Positions 1-9,901 of a stretch of 64,000 nucleotides of DNA are shown one piece after another. A model generated the notes under the pieces. The model saw nothing but the letters and a program-made list of their open reading frames with translations, made no database searches and was not told the DNA's origin. The DNA is from an uncultured Fenollaria sp. (GTDB lineage: Bacteria > Bacillota > Clostridia > Tissierellales > Peptoniphilaceae), in contig NZ_CAMJVK010000001.1 in assembly GCF_946221515.1 (NCBI RefSeq), positions 7,174 to 71,173 of the forward strand. Direction: 5' to 3'. Made by a program: the position numbers and the translations under genes. Positions within the stretch are counted from its first letter, which is position 1. The number at the start of each line of letters is the position of its first letter.

Positions 1-2
1 AG

Positions 3-56
3 CTTGATAGAAGTGAAGTAGTTGAAGAACTCATAAAAGAAATCGAAAGAATGTGA
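3..56 (+). CDS. 3' end of an unidentified upstream CDS (partial; ...LDRSEVVEELIKEIERM*)
   Basis: Frame-3 ORF runs off the window start and stops at TGA 54-56 just before polC. Too short to identify. Confidence 0.3.
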   Translation, partial: LDRSEVVEELIKEIERM

Positions 57-60
57 AGTA

Positions 61-3000
61 ATGATAAAATTATTTAAACCTGAAGAACTGAATATTGATA
101 TAGACTTTCTTTCAAATGAAGATAAGATATTTTTTGAAAGTCCTGTGCTTAAGGATAAGACACTTAAAATAACTTATTATTATAATTTAAAAGATCAAAG
201 TCTAAGCCAAAAAGTAGACGAAGTAATTAAGTCTACTTTTTTAAAATTCTCTTTATCAGATGTAAATATTAATGCAGTAGCATATACAAAATGCAATGAA
301 TATTTTGAATCGATAAGAAGTGAGTTTACTGATATTGATGATAATTCATTTGACTGTGAAGAGCTTGACGATCTATATACATTTACATTTGATAATCAGC
401 TTTTGCTTGATAGTTTCAATGCAAATCCATATTTAGAATTGATGAGATATTTATGCTCAAGCTTTGAAAATAAAGCTATAAAAACTAAATGCAAAGAGAT
501 TATTATAAATAAGGAAGAATTTATTGATCAATTAAAGAGCAATGCTGAACAAATAAGTGAAAACTTCAAAATTGTTAAAGAAGAAAAGAGAAAGAGCGAG
601 CCAAGCGCTGAAGCGAGCGGAAAGAAATCATTCTTCAGAAAGAAAAAAGAAATTGATAAGAAGAAATGCATTAAAATAAAAGACATTAGCTCGGATATGG
701 ACTTTATTACTATACAAGGAGAAGTGTTTGAGTATGAATTTGTTGATAGAAATGAATACGCTTTACTTAAGTTTGCCGTTGATGATGGTGAAGAGGCTAT
801 AAGAGTTAGTAAATTCATTAGAAAGAATAAAGAAGGTCAATATGACTATGACTATGATATAGAAAATGGAGTAAAGCTATACCTTAGCGGCAATGTTAAT
901 CTCTTCCAAAATATAATGAGCATAAAGATATATAGCTATGAAATTATTAATGAAGAAAAATTAGATGAAGCTGAAGAAGATATTAAAAGGGTAGAGATCG
1001 GTCTTCACACTAAAATGTCAAGTCAAGAAGGTTTCATATCAGCAAAAGAATACTTTAAAGAAGCTAAAAAGAGAGGCTACGAGTCCATTGGTTTTATGGA
1101 CAAATATGTTGTACAAAGCTATCCAGAAATCATGGATGCAGCTATAGAAACAGGTATTAAACCTCTATATGGCGTTGAAGCAAATCTATTTGACGATACA
1201 AAATCACTAGTTAATAATTACAAAGGCGATAATAAGAATACCTTTGTCGTTTTTGATGTGGAGACAACTGGATTTTCAGCTATTGATGATAGAATTATTG
1301 AAATGGGTGCCGTGAAGATACAAGATGGTAAGGTCATAGATAATTTCTCTGAATTCACTAATCCAGGCTTTCACATACCATATAGAATAACTGAGTTAAC
1401 AACTATTGATGATGCGACCGTAGCAGGCTGTCCATCTTTCGATGAACTGCTAGAAAAGTTTATGGAATTTTGTAAAGACTCAGTTCTTGTAGCTCATAAC
1501 GCTGAGTTCGATATTTCATTTATTAAAAGCTCCATGCATAGAAAAGGCGTTAAATTTGATTTTGAATATATCGATACACTTGAACTATCGAGATACTTAC
1601 TTCCAGATTTGAAAAAGCATAAACTTGACACATTAACATCTTTATTCAACATAACTCTAGAAAATCATCACAGAGCCATTGATGATGCTACAGCAACTGG
1701 CTTTGTCTTCTTAAAGCTTTTAGATCTATTAAAAGAACAAGGCTGCAATGACCTTGAAGCTATCTCGAAAATAAAGTCAAGCAACTATTACAATGTTTAT
1801 AAAATATCAATATTTGCTACAAATCTAGTGGGCTTAAAAAATCTATATAGACTTATTTCACTATCACATATCGATAATTATAATAGGCAGCCAATAGTGT
1901 ATAAGAGTCAAATAGATGCGAACAGAGAAGGGCTTTTAATCGGTAGCGGCACTTATAATGGCCCTATATATAATGCTTGTATTAGATGTGAAGAAAACGA
2001 TAAATTAAAAGAGATGATGAAGTATTTTGACTTTATCGAACTTCAGCCAATAGATCAATATCTATATTTGATTGAAGATGAAAGTCTTCATGAAATGGAT
2101 GCTATTAAAAACATCAATAGAAGACTATATGATAATGCAAAAGAACTTGACATACCTGTCCTTGCTAATGGTGATGTATACTATATAGATCAAAGCGACA
2201 GTGTATATAGATCTGTTCTGGTATTTAATAGAAAAAACTTTGTAGGAAGCAGAAAAGAGTGTAATAATACAGATCATTATTTTAAAACTACTAAAGAACT
2301 TTTAAAGAATTTTCCATATTTAAGCGAAGAAGAAGCTAAGGAAATTGTTATTGATAATACTCTTGCATTTGCTGAAAAATTTGAAAATTTCAGACCAATT
2401 CCTAAGGATACCTTCCCGCCATTTATCGAAAATTCTGATAAAGACTTAAGGGACTGCTGCTATAACAAAGCTACGAGCATATATGGAGATCCTCTTCCTG
2501 AGATTGTCAAGAAGAGGCTTGATAAAGAACTTGATTCAATAATTGGTAATGGTTATGCCGTTTTATACATCATAGCAAGAAAACTTATTTTGCAGTCAAA
2601 TGCCGATGGCTACGTAGTTGGCTCAAGAGGCTCTGTTGGATCATCATTTGCGGCAACAATGAGTGATATAACTGAGGTTAATCCACTTATACCTCACTAC
2701 GTTTGTCCAAATTGTAAACATAGTGAATTTGTTGATGATCCGAAATATGACTCCGGCTTTGACCTTCCTCGTAAAATCTGTCCTGTATGTTCACACGAGA
2801 TGAATAGGGATGGACAAAAGATACCATTCGAGGTTTTCCTAGGCTTTAACGGTGACAAAGAGCCAGATATAGATCTAAACTTTGCTGGCGATTATCAACT
2901 TACAGCTCATAAAAATACTGAAAAGATATTCGGAGAAAATTTTGTATTTAGAGCAGGAACTATTGGTACACTAGCTGATAAGACTGCTGCCGCTTGTATC

Positions 3001-4314
3001 TTAGACTATCTTGAAAAGAAAAATAAAAGCATTTCATATTTGCATGCAATGTTCTTAAGCAAAAGAATAAAAGGCTCTAAGAGAACTACCGGCCAACACG
3101 CTGGTGGGGTAATGGTAGTTCCTAAAAATAAGAGCATACTAGACTTTACTCCTGTTCAAAAACCTGCTGACGATATGAGAACTGATATAATAACAACTCA
3201 TTTTGATTATCATTCGATAAGCGGTAAGATACTAAAACTTGACCTACTTGGTCATGATGTTCCAAACATAATCAAAAATCTTGAAGACTTAACTAATACC
3301 AAAATTGAAGATATACCTTTTGACGATGAAAAAGTACTATCACTCTTCTCATCAACAGAGGCCTTAGGTATTAATAGCGATGATTTAAAGTTTGGTGTTG
3401 GCACTATTGCCATACCTGAATTTGGTACAAACTTCGTTAGAGGCATGCTTAAAGATACCAAGCCAAAAACATTCTCAGACTTAGTAAGAATAAGTGGTCT
3501 TTCACATGGTACAAACGTGTGGAACAGTAACGCGGAAAAGCTTGTAAATGAGATGAACGTACCGATGTCTGAAGTTATTTCTACAAGAGACGACATCATG
3601 AACCAATTGATTGATGCTGGTATGGATAAATCTACTGCATTTAAAATTATGGAGTTCGTTAGAAAAGGAAAACCATTAATACAAAAGAAAATAGTTGACA
3701 ATGAAACTATAATTATAAATTATGAGGATGAGATTAAAAAGTATCCACTTCCTGAGTGGTATCTTGACAGCTGTCATAAGATATCTTATCTATTCCCAAA
3801 GGCGCATGCAGCGGCCTATGTTATGATGAGCTATAGACTTGCTTGGTATAAGGTATATTACCCACAAGCGTTTTATGCAACATACTTTACACAAAAGATA
3901 AATGACTTTGATTATGATGCTCTTGTCCATAGACTTGAAAATTTGGATGCCTTAGTAAGAGAGATTACCCAAAATCCTCATCCAAAGAAAAAAGATGAGG
4001 ACCTATTGTCGCTTGCTGAAGTAGTTAAAGAGATGGAGCTTAGAAATATAAAGATATCGCCAATTGATCTAGATAGATCACTAGCTACAAAGTTTACCGT
4101 AATCGATGGGGAAATCATTCCGCCATTTACAGTTATAGCTGGACTTGGCAAGGACCCTGCTAATAACATTATAAGGGAAAGGGAGCTTAAAGAGTTTAAC
4201 TCTATTGAGGACTTCCAAAAGAGGACTCAAGTAAATGCTACGGTAATCGCATATTTAAAATCAATTAACTTTTTTAAAGACATGCATGATACCAATCAGA
4301 TAAGCTTATTTTAA
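61..4314 (+). CDS. polC: DNA polymerase III, PolC-type (gram-positive replicative polymerase with intrinsic 3'-5' exonuclease)
   Basis: 1417-aa ORF. It has a DEDDh exonuclease motif (FVVFDVETTGFS ... HNAEFD ... HRAIDDA) embedded in PHP and polymerase domains, and a zinc-finger cysteine cluster (CPNC...CPVC). Size and architecture are typical of PolC. Confidence 0.95.
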   Translation: MIKLFKPEELNIDIDFLSNEDKIFFESPVLKDKTLKITYYYNLKDQSLSQKVDEVIKSTFLKFSLSDVNINAVAYTKCNEYFESIRSEFTDIDDNSFDCEELDDLYTFTFDNQLLLDSFNANPYLELMRYLCSSFENKAIKTKCKEIIINKEEFIDQLKSNAEQISENFKIVKEEKRKSEPSAEASGKKSFFRKKKEIDKKKCIKIKDISSDMDFITIQGEVFEYEFVDRNEYALLKFAVDDGEEAIRVSKFIRKNKEGQYDYDYDIENGVKLYLSGNVNLFQNIMSIKIYSYEIINEEKLDEAEEDIKRVEIGLHTKMSSQEGFISAKEYFKEAKKRGYESIGFMDKYVVQSYPEIMDAAIETGIKPLYGVEANLFDDTKSLVNNYKGDNKNTFVVFDVETTGFSAIDDRIIEMGAVKIQDGKVIDNFSEFTNPGFHIPYRITELTTIDDATVAGCPSFDELLEKFMEFCKDSVLVAHNAEFDISFIKSSMHRKGVKFDFEYIDTLELSRYLLPDLKKHKLDTLTSLFNITLENHHRAIDDATATGFVFLKLLDLLKEQGCNDLEAISKIKSSNYYNVYKISIFATNLVGLKNLYRLISLSHIDNYNRQPIVYKSQIDANREGLLIGSGTYNGPIYNACIRCEENDKLKEMMKYFDFIELQPIDQYLYLIEDESLHEMDAIKNINRRLYDNAKELDIPVLANGDVYYIDQSDSVYRSVLVFNRKNFVGSRKECNNTDHYFKTTKELLKNFPYLSEEEAKEIVIDNTLAFAEKFENFRPIPKDTFPPFIENSDKDLRDCCYNKATSIYGDPLPEIVKKRLDKELDSIIGNGYAVLYIIARKLILQSNADGYVVGSRGSVGSSFAATMSDITEVNPLIPHYVCPNCKHSEFVDDPKYDSGFDLPRKICPVCSHEMNRDGQKIPFEVFLGFNGDKEPDIDLNFAGDYQLTAHKNTEKIFGENFVFRAGTIGTLADKTAAACILDYLEKKNKSISYLHAMFLSKRIKGSKRTTGQHAGGVMVVPKNKSILDFTPVQKPADDMRTDIITTHFDYHSISGKILKLDLLGHDVPNIIKNLEDLTNTKIEDIPFDDEKVLSLFSSTEALGINSDDLKFGVGTIAIPEFGTNFVRGMLKDTKPKTFSDLVRISGLSHGTNVWNSNAEKLVNEMNVPMSEVISTRDDIMNQLIDAGMDKSTAFKIMEFVRKGKPLIQKKIVDNETIIINYEDEIKKYPLPEWYLDSCHKISYLFPKAHAAAYVMMSYRLAWYKVYYPQAFYATYFTQKINDFDYDALVHRLENLDALVREITQNPHPKKKDEDLLSLAEVVKEMELRNIKISPIDLDRSLATKFTVIDGEIIPPFTVIAGLGKDPANNIIRERELKEFNSIEDFQKRTQVNATVIAYLKSINFFKDMHDTNQISLF

Positions 4315-4343
4315 TTGACAAAATACATCTATTATAGTATAAT
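4315..4343 (+). promoter_or_regulatory. Consensus sigma-A promoter (TTGACA-17 nt-TATAAT) driving the downstream structured RNA
   Basis: TTGACA at 4315-4320, an exact 17-nt spacer, then TATAAT at 4338-4343. Both hexamers are perfect, read directly from the sequence. Confidence 0.7.
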
Positions 4344-4349
4344 TATCAT

Positions 4350-4921
4350 AGTGGTGTAGTATTCTAGTCAGTATTCTATATCATGAAGGCGGGGCTAAAA
4401 ATCCGCCAAAGAGCGTATCGATGAAGTTCTTGATTTGTGCTTGTGACGCCCAGTCATGGGCATTCTTTGAGAGTAAGGCAGATGGGGCGATCTACAACGG
4501 CATGTAGGCGTTGACCCTGCTGTCGCGGAGGCGTAAGATTTATCTTATGTAGACCTATTTTTTTAAATAGTGTAGCTTGCCTTGAGTGATCTAGTGCGGA
4601 TGATAAGGTCTTTTTATTGAACTTGTGGCCAAAGATCAATAAGAAAAGTTATCGAAACCTAAATTGCAAAAGAGGCTAAGGATATAAAATACTGTTTGGG
4701 AAAACTTCTAGACTAAATCGTAAGATGACTAAAAAGGGATTACAGTGCGGACTAAGTGGCAATCCAGTATTATATTTGGCGACAATATAATTACTAAATT
4801 AATGGGAAACCGCTATGATTGGTGACATATAGCCTTAGTAAGGGAAAACCAACTGGACCTAAGCCGTAATATTTACTTTTTTAGTTTCCACTAAGCTGAT
4901 AGATTACTATCAGCTTTTTTT
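4350..4921 (+). ncRNA. ole: Large structured non-coding RNA; candidate OLE (ornate, large, extremophilic) RNA
   Basis: A roughly 570-nt region with no credible ORF. Its 5' half (4380-4640) is clearly GC-enriched against an AT-rich genome and contains many short complementary segments. It has a perfect upstream promoter, a 3' intrinsic terminator, and a small polytopic membrane protein immediately downstream. The downstream synteny (tlyA, recN) matches the described OLE locus. Assignment to OLE rests on synteny and size, not on recalled primary-sequence motifs. Confidence 0.5.
4893..4921 (+). terminator. Rho-independent terminator ending the ncRNA
   Basis: Stem AGCTGATAG (4894-4902), loop ATTA, stem CTATCAGCT (4907-4915), followed by a T7 run. 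Confidence 0.75.
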
Positions 4922-5073
4922 GTTGTATATAAGCTTTGTTTATGGTATAATAACAATGTAATTCCGATTAATTATAAGGGGTGTAAGAAATTTCAGATTT
5001 TAAAAAAAAGTATAAAGATAAAAGCATTGATAAATTAAATAAAGATAAAAAACATAAAGCTGGTAAAAGTGAT

Positions 5074-5601
5074 TTGAAATGGACGTTATCCATTACCATC
5101 TTTACTTTTGCTATGTCTATAATACTTTCTTATATAATTGATATATTATTAGCAGACGTTGGAATTTTAGTTGGAGTTATACTTCTTTTACTTGTAATAA
5201 TGATAGGTATATTGTTTGATACTGTAGGGGTAAGTGTTACAACAGCTGAAGAAAAACTATTTCATGCTATGGCATCAAATAATATTGAAGAAGGTAAAAT
5301 CGCCATAGGACTAATTAAAAATGCCGATAAAGTATCAAGTTTTTGCAATGATGTAGTTGGTGATATGGCGGGCATTATCTCAGGTGCACTAGGCGCAACA
5401 CTTTTAACAAAGATAGCTTTGCATTTTGATAATGTTAATGTTGCAATCTTAGGAACTTTAATAACTGCATCTGTTGCTGCTGCAACAGTTGGTGGCAAAT
5501 CTTTAGGCAAGTCTGTAGCAATGTTAAAGTATCGAGATATTATTTTTGCTATATCAAAAATTATTTTAAAATTTAAAAAGATATTTAAGAAGAATAAATA
5601 G
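5074..5601 (+). CDS. oapA: Small polytopic membrane protein; candidate OLE-associated protein OapA
   Basis: 175 aa with about four hydrophobic helices and a lysine-rich C-terminal tail. TTG start with a weak RBS; an internal ATG (MSIILSY...) is an alternative start. The call as OapA is by position directly after the candidate OLE RNA. Confidence 0.5.
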   Translation: MKWTLSITIFTFAMSIILSYIIDILLADVGILVGVILLLLVIMIGILFDTVGVSVTTAEEKLFHAMASNNIEEGKIAIGLIKNADKVSSFCNDVVGDMAGIISGALGATLLTKIALHFDNVNVAILGTLITASVAAATVGGKSLGKSVAMLKYRDIIFAISKIILKFKKIFKKNK

Positions 5602-5602
5602 T

Positions 5603-6385
5603 ATGAGATTAGATAAATATATAAGTGAGTTTAAAAATATTGACAGTAGAACTAAGGCTAAGAAATTAGTTTTAGCTGGCTTTGTTTTAGTTAATGGTAA
5701 AACTTTACTAGATCCAAGCTATGATGTCAAAGAAAATGATAGCATAGATATCGACGCAGATAACGACATAACAAGGTATGTATCTAGAGGTGCTCTAAAG
5801 CTAATTAAGGCTATAGAGGCTTTTAAGCTCAATATTAATGACAAGACATGTATTGATATAGGCTCATCAACAGGCGGCTTCACAGACGTTTTAGTGAAGC
5901 GTGGGGCGCGTTTAGTATATGCACTAGATGTCGGAAAAAATCAACTGCATCCATCATTAAAAAATAATGATAAAGTCATTTCATATGAATCTTTTGATGC
6001 TAGAAATATTAGCAATGAAACTTTTGATGAAGACTTTGACATAGTGACTTCTGATCTTAGCTTTATTTCACTCACATTATTGACAGATGCTTTTAATGTA
6101 CTTGTGAAAGAGAATACAAAGCTTATAGTCTTAATAAAACCTCAGTTTGAGTCAGGAAAGATAAAGAGGAAAAACGGTATATTTAATGATGCTAAATTAC
6201 ATATAAACGCAATAAATAATGTGATTCTATCTTTCAGGGAGAAAGGTATATATTTAAATGATATATGCAAGTCGCCTATAGAGGGAGGAGAAGGAAATAT
6301 TGAGTATCTTGCTCTATTTACAAGAGATGATAATCACAGTAATATCGATATAAGAAGATTGGTTAAAGAATCTTTAAGTAGGTGA
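5603..6385 (+). CDS. tlyA: TlyA-family rRNA 2'-O-methyltransferase (S4 domain plus FtsJ-like methyltransferase; 'hemolysin A')
   Basis: N-terminal S4 RNA-binding domain and a class I SAM methyltransferase core (DIGSSTGGFTDVL). Length 260 aa. Confidence 0.85.
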   Translation: MRLDKYISEFKNIDSRTKAKKLVLAGFVLVNGKTLLDPSYDVKENDSIDIDADNDITRYVSRGALKLIKAIEAFKLNINDKTCIDIGSSTGGFTDVLVKRGARLVYALDVGKNQLHPSLKNNDKVISYESFDARNISNETFDEDFDIVTSDLSFISLTLLTDAFNVLVKENTKLIVLIKPQFESGKIKRKNGIFNDAKLHINAINNVILSFREKGIYLNDICKSPIEGGEGNIEYLALFTRDDNHSNIDIRRLVKESLSR

Positions 6386-6389
6386 AGAA

Positions 6390-8057
6390 ATGCTTAGTAA
6401 ATTATATATAAAAGATTTTGCTATAATTGATTCATTAAATCTTGATTTCAACGATGGATTCTCAGCTATTTCTGGAGAAACAGGTAGTGGTAAATCCATC
6501 ATAGTAGATGCCTTAGCTGTAGTTCTAGGCGCCAAGGCTAGTAAAAATCAAATAAGAGACGGCTTTGATTCGTCAAGCATAGAAGCGCATATTGATATAG
6601 ATAATAAAAAACTAGCTAAAGTAAATTCTATTTTAAATGCTAAAATTAAGAGTCCACTTATTTTAAAGAGAATTATATATAGAGATAAGCCTAGTGAAAA
6701 CTATATCAACGATATAAGCGTAAGTCTGAAGGATTTAAGTGAAATAAGTGCTTTAAGTATCAATATATTAGGACAGAAAGAACAATTTACACTGCTTGAC
6801 AAAAATGAGCACATAAACATACTTGATTATTTTGGGGATAATGCGTACAAGACCTTGCTCAAAGAAATAAATGAATTATATTTAAAGATAGAAAAAAGCA
6901 ATAAGCGTTTAAAAGAGCTTCCTAAGGATCAAAAAGATATCGATAATCAAATAGATTTTATAGAATTTCAAAAAAATGAAATAGATGAAGCTGAAATTTT
7001 AGATGGAGAAGATGAAGAATTAGAGACTGAGATAAAAAGACTTAATTCTAGTGAAGACATCAAAAAGACTGCCTATAGCATTAATCAAATGCTTAGAGAT
7101 AGTGATAATTACAGTGTAGATTCAATCTTATCCGACGCGAGTAATTTAGTCGATGACTTAAAAGAGTATTCAAAAGACGCTGAAGCTTGGTATGAAAAAC
7201 TCATGGACTATCAAGAGCTTATTAAGGATATAAATGAAGAGATAAAATACTTTTCAGACTCTATTGACTATGATCAAGAACGGCTATATGAACTAAGTAA
7301 GAGGCTTGACGAGATAAATAAAATAAAGTATAAGTATGGCAATAGTATTGCTGAAATAAATGCATATAGAGAAGACTTAAATAATAAGTTAAATGAAATA
7401 AGAAATATTGAACAAGAAAAAGCAGCTTTAGAAAAGTCACTTATCGAAGATAAAAAATCTTATGATGAAAAAGCGAGTGATTTAAGTCTCAAAAGAAAAG
7501 CACTTGCTAAAACAATCGCAAAAATGCTTGAAGATGAGTTAAGAACTTTAAATATGAGCAATATTCAAGTTGAGATTTCGGTAGAAGCAAAGAAGGCCAT
7601 GAAAGATTATGGCTATGATGACGTAGAAATTTTAATGAGTGCAAATAAAGGTCAATCAGTTAAACCTATAAGCGAAATTATTTCTGGTGGTGAAATGTCA
7701 AGACTAATGCTTGCAATTAAAAATTTAGGCGCTGATTTTGACAATATCGACACAATCATCTTTGACGAGATAGACGCAGGGCTTAGCGGCTACACTGCTA
7801 GCTGCCTTGCGAATAAACTTAGAGAATTAGCAAATAAATATCAAATAATATCAATATCACACTTACCACAGATATTAGCTAAAGCTGAGGAACACTACCT
7901 TGTAGAAAAAGCTAGCGATAGCGAGGCAACTATAAGTCATGTTAAAAAACTAGATTACGACGGAAGAGTGATAGAGTTAGCAAGGCTACTAAGCTCAGGT
8001 AAGATAAGTGATATAGCAATAAAAAATGCAAAAGAATTATTAAAAAGTGAGGACTAG
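6390..8057 (+). CDS. recN: DNA repair protein RecN
   Basis: Walker A (SGETGSGKS) at the N-terminus, a long coiled-coil middle, and a C-terminal signature/Walker B region. 555 aa. Confidence 0.93.
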   Translation: MLSKLYIKDFAIIDSLNLDFNDGFSAISGETGSGKSIIVDALAVVLGAKASKNQIRDGFDSSSIEAHIDIDNKKLAKVNSILNAKIKSPLILKRIIYRDKPSENYINDISVSLKDLSEISALSINILGQKEQFTLLDKNEHINILDYFGDNAYKTLLKEINELYLKIEKSNKRLKELPKDQKDIDNQIDFIEFQKNEIDEAEILDGEDEELETEIKRLNSSEDIKKTAYSINQMLRDSDNYSVDSILSDASNLVDDLKEYSKDAEAWYEKLMDYQELIKDINEEIKYFSDSIDYDQERLYELSKRLDEINKIKYKYGNSIAEINAYREDLNNKLNEIRNIEQEKAALEKSLIEDKKSYDEKASDLSLKRKALAKTIAKMLEDELRTLNMSNIQVEISVEAKKAMKDYGYDDVEILMSANKGQSVKPISEIISGGEMSRLMLAIKNLGADFDNIDTIIFDEIDAGLSGYTASCLANKLRELANKYQIISISHLPQILAKAEEHYLVEKASDSEATISHVKKLDYDGRVIELARLLSSGKISDIAIKNAKELLKSED

Positions 8058-8613
8058 AATGGAAAATATTGAAGTAGAAAAAACATTAAAAAGCGAAAAA
8101 ATTTATCAAGGTAAAATATTAAGTTTACGTATTGATACTATTGAAATGCCTAATAAAAAGTATTCAAAGAGAGAGATAGTAGAGCATAAGCCTGCTGTTG
8201 TTATTATTGCAATAAAGGGCACAAAACTTTTAATGGTAAGACAATTTAGAAAAGCTGTAGAAAAAACTTTGTTAGAAGTACCAGCTGGATTAGTTGAAAT
8301 TCAAGAAACTCCAGTACAAGCTGCAAGTAGAGAGCTTGAAGAAGAAACAGGATACTTATGTGAAAATCCAAAATACATTATGGAGTTCTATACATCACCA
8401 GGATATTCTGACGAAAAGATAGATTTGTTTTTAGCTGAAGACTTAGTTAAGACAGAACAAAATCTTGATGATGGCGAATTTTTAGAAGTAGAAGAAATCG
8501 AAATTGAAGAGCTTAGAAAAAAAGTATTGTATGGTGAAGTTCAAAACGCAAGCTCAATCATTGCAATTAATTATGCATACGACTATATAAAGAGTAAAAA
8601 TGAACATAATTAA
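8047..8613 (+). CDS. Nudix hydrolase, ADP-ribose pyrophosphatase-like
   Basis: Nudix box GLVEIQETPVQAASRELEEETGY. 188 aa. Overlaps the recN stop. Confidence 0.85.
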   Translation: MRTRMENIEVEKTLKSEKIYQGKILSLRIDTIEMPNKKYSKREIVEHKPAVVIIAIKGTKLLMVRQFRKAVEKTLLEVPAGLVEIQETPVQAASRELEEETGYLCENPKYIMEFYTSPGYSDEKIDLFLAEDLVKTEQNLDDGEFLEVEEIEIEELRKKVLYGEVQNASSIIAINYAYDYIKSKNEHN

Positions 8614-9901
8614 CATCATTGAGAAAAAGAGAGATAAAAAATTATTAAATAAAAATGAAATTGACTTCTTTATAAGAGGCATATTGGACGAATCTATTGC
8701 TGATTATCAAACATCAAGTCTACTTATGGCAATATTTTTAAATGGACTTAACGACGAAGAAACTTATTACTTAACAAAAGCAATAATTGATAACGGAGAA
8801 TATATAGATTTCGATGGAGTAGACTCTAAAATTCTTGATAAACATTCAACCGGTGGAGTAGGCGACAAGATAAGCTTAATACTTGGTCCAATACTTGCGT
8901 CTATGGGATATAAATTTTTAAAGATGAGCGGCAGAAGTCTTGGCTTTACAGGCGGCACTCTTGATAAATTAGAATCTATTCCTGGATTTAAGGTCAATCA
9001 AAGCGATGAGTGGATAGAAAAAACTGCTAATGACTTAGGTTTTTTCATAGTTAGTCAATCAGAAAATATTGCAAAGGCAGATAGAATTTTATATGCACTA
9101 AGAGATGTTTGCGCAAGTGTCGACTCAATTCCGCTTATAGCCTCATCTATACTTAGTAAAAAATTCAGCTTTAGAAATGATTCCTTACTTATTGATGTTA
9201 AGTGTGGTACGGGAGCCTTTATGGAAAGTTTTGATAAGGCAAAAGAGCTTTGTGACGCTATGCTTAATATATCCAAAGCATTCAATAGAAAAACTACTTG
9301 TATAATAAGCTCAATGAACAAAGCTCTTGGCAAGAGAGTTGGTAATAATCTAGAGATTATAGAAGTAGTCGACTTTTTAAAAGGTAATTATAAAGCTTAT
9401 GATGATATATATGATGAGATAAATCATATTGTATATGAACTCTTACTAAACCTTGAAGATGTAGATTATAAAGAAGTAAAAGATAAGATAAAAAGAGTTT
9501 TAGATAGCGGAGAAGCCTTTGAAATGTTTTTAAAATTTGTTCACAATCAAGGCGGAGATATATCATATATTGAAGATATCAATAAGTTTGATAAGGCTAG
9601 ATACGAGACTGAGATTTTGGCAGATGCTAGTGGCTATTTAAGCAAATATAAGCTTAAAGACATAGCAAAGACACTCAACGAATTAGGCGCAGGTAGATTA
9701 AAGAAAGAAGACAAGATTGATTACACAGTTGGCTTAATAAATGAAAAATGTATTGGCGATAAGATTGATAAAGGTGACTTATTATTTACAATAAGATCAA
9801 ATGAAGAATTAAGTTCCAATCAATTGGATGCTTTAAAAGCTAGCGTCATCTATGGCGACAAGGCTGTAAAAGAAAAGCACATTTTAGAGGTGATTAGATA
9901 A
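8600..9901 (+). CDS. pdp: Pyrimidine-nucleoside (thymidine) phosphorylase
   Basis: 433 aa. STGGVGDK phosphate-binding motif and glycosyltransferase family 3 architecture. Confidence 0.9.
   Translation: MNIINIIEKKRDKKLLNKNEIDFFIRGILDESIADYQTSSLLMAIFLNGLNDEETYYLTKAIIDNGEYIDFDGVDSKILDKHSTGGVGDKISLILGPILASMGYKFLKMSGRSLGFTGGTLDKLESIPGFKVNQSDEWIEKTANDLGFFIVSQSENIAKADRILYALRDVCASVDSIPLIASSILSKKFSFRNDSLLIDVKCGTGAFMESFDKAKELCDAMLNISKAFNRKTTCIISSMNKALGKRVGNNLEIIEVVDFLKGNYKAYDDIYDEINHIVYELLLNLEDVDYKEVKDKIKRVLDSGEAFEMFLKFVHNQGGDISYIEDINKFDKARYETEILADASGYLSKYKLKDIAKTLNELGAGRLKKEDKIDYTVGLINEKCIGDKIDKGDLLFTIRSNEELSSNQLDALKASVIYGDKAVKEKHILEVIR

Noticed and set aside
528-818. Numerous 60-150-aa antisense ORFs from the six-frame track lying inside large genes (e.g. 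528-818, 3252-3701, 21607-22023, 22753-23181, 44733-44976, 48646-49020, 62249-62635).
   Set aside because: All are fully embedded opposite well-supported conserved genes. They have low-complexity Ser/Leu/Phe/Ile-rich composition typical of AT-rich antisense frames and lack RBS motifs.
4380-4640. Possible SRP RNA, tmRNA or RNase P RNA in the polC-downstream structured region. There is a local AAGGCAGATG...GCATGTAG resemblance to the 3' side of 4.5S RNA domain IV.
   Set aside because: The invariant SRP domain-IV 5' strand (GGUCCGGAAGGAAGCAGC) is absent. There is no tRNA-like T-loop/CCA 3' end or resume-codon/tag ORF for tmRNA. The GGAAAGUCC P4 motif of RNase P is absent. The region is also far longer than those RNAs.
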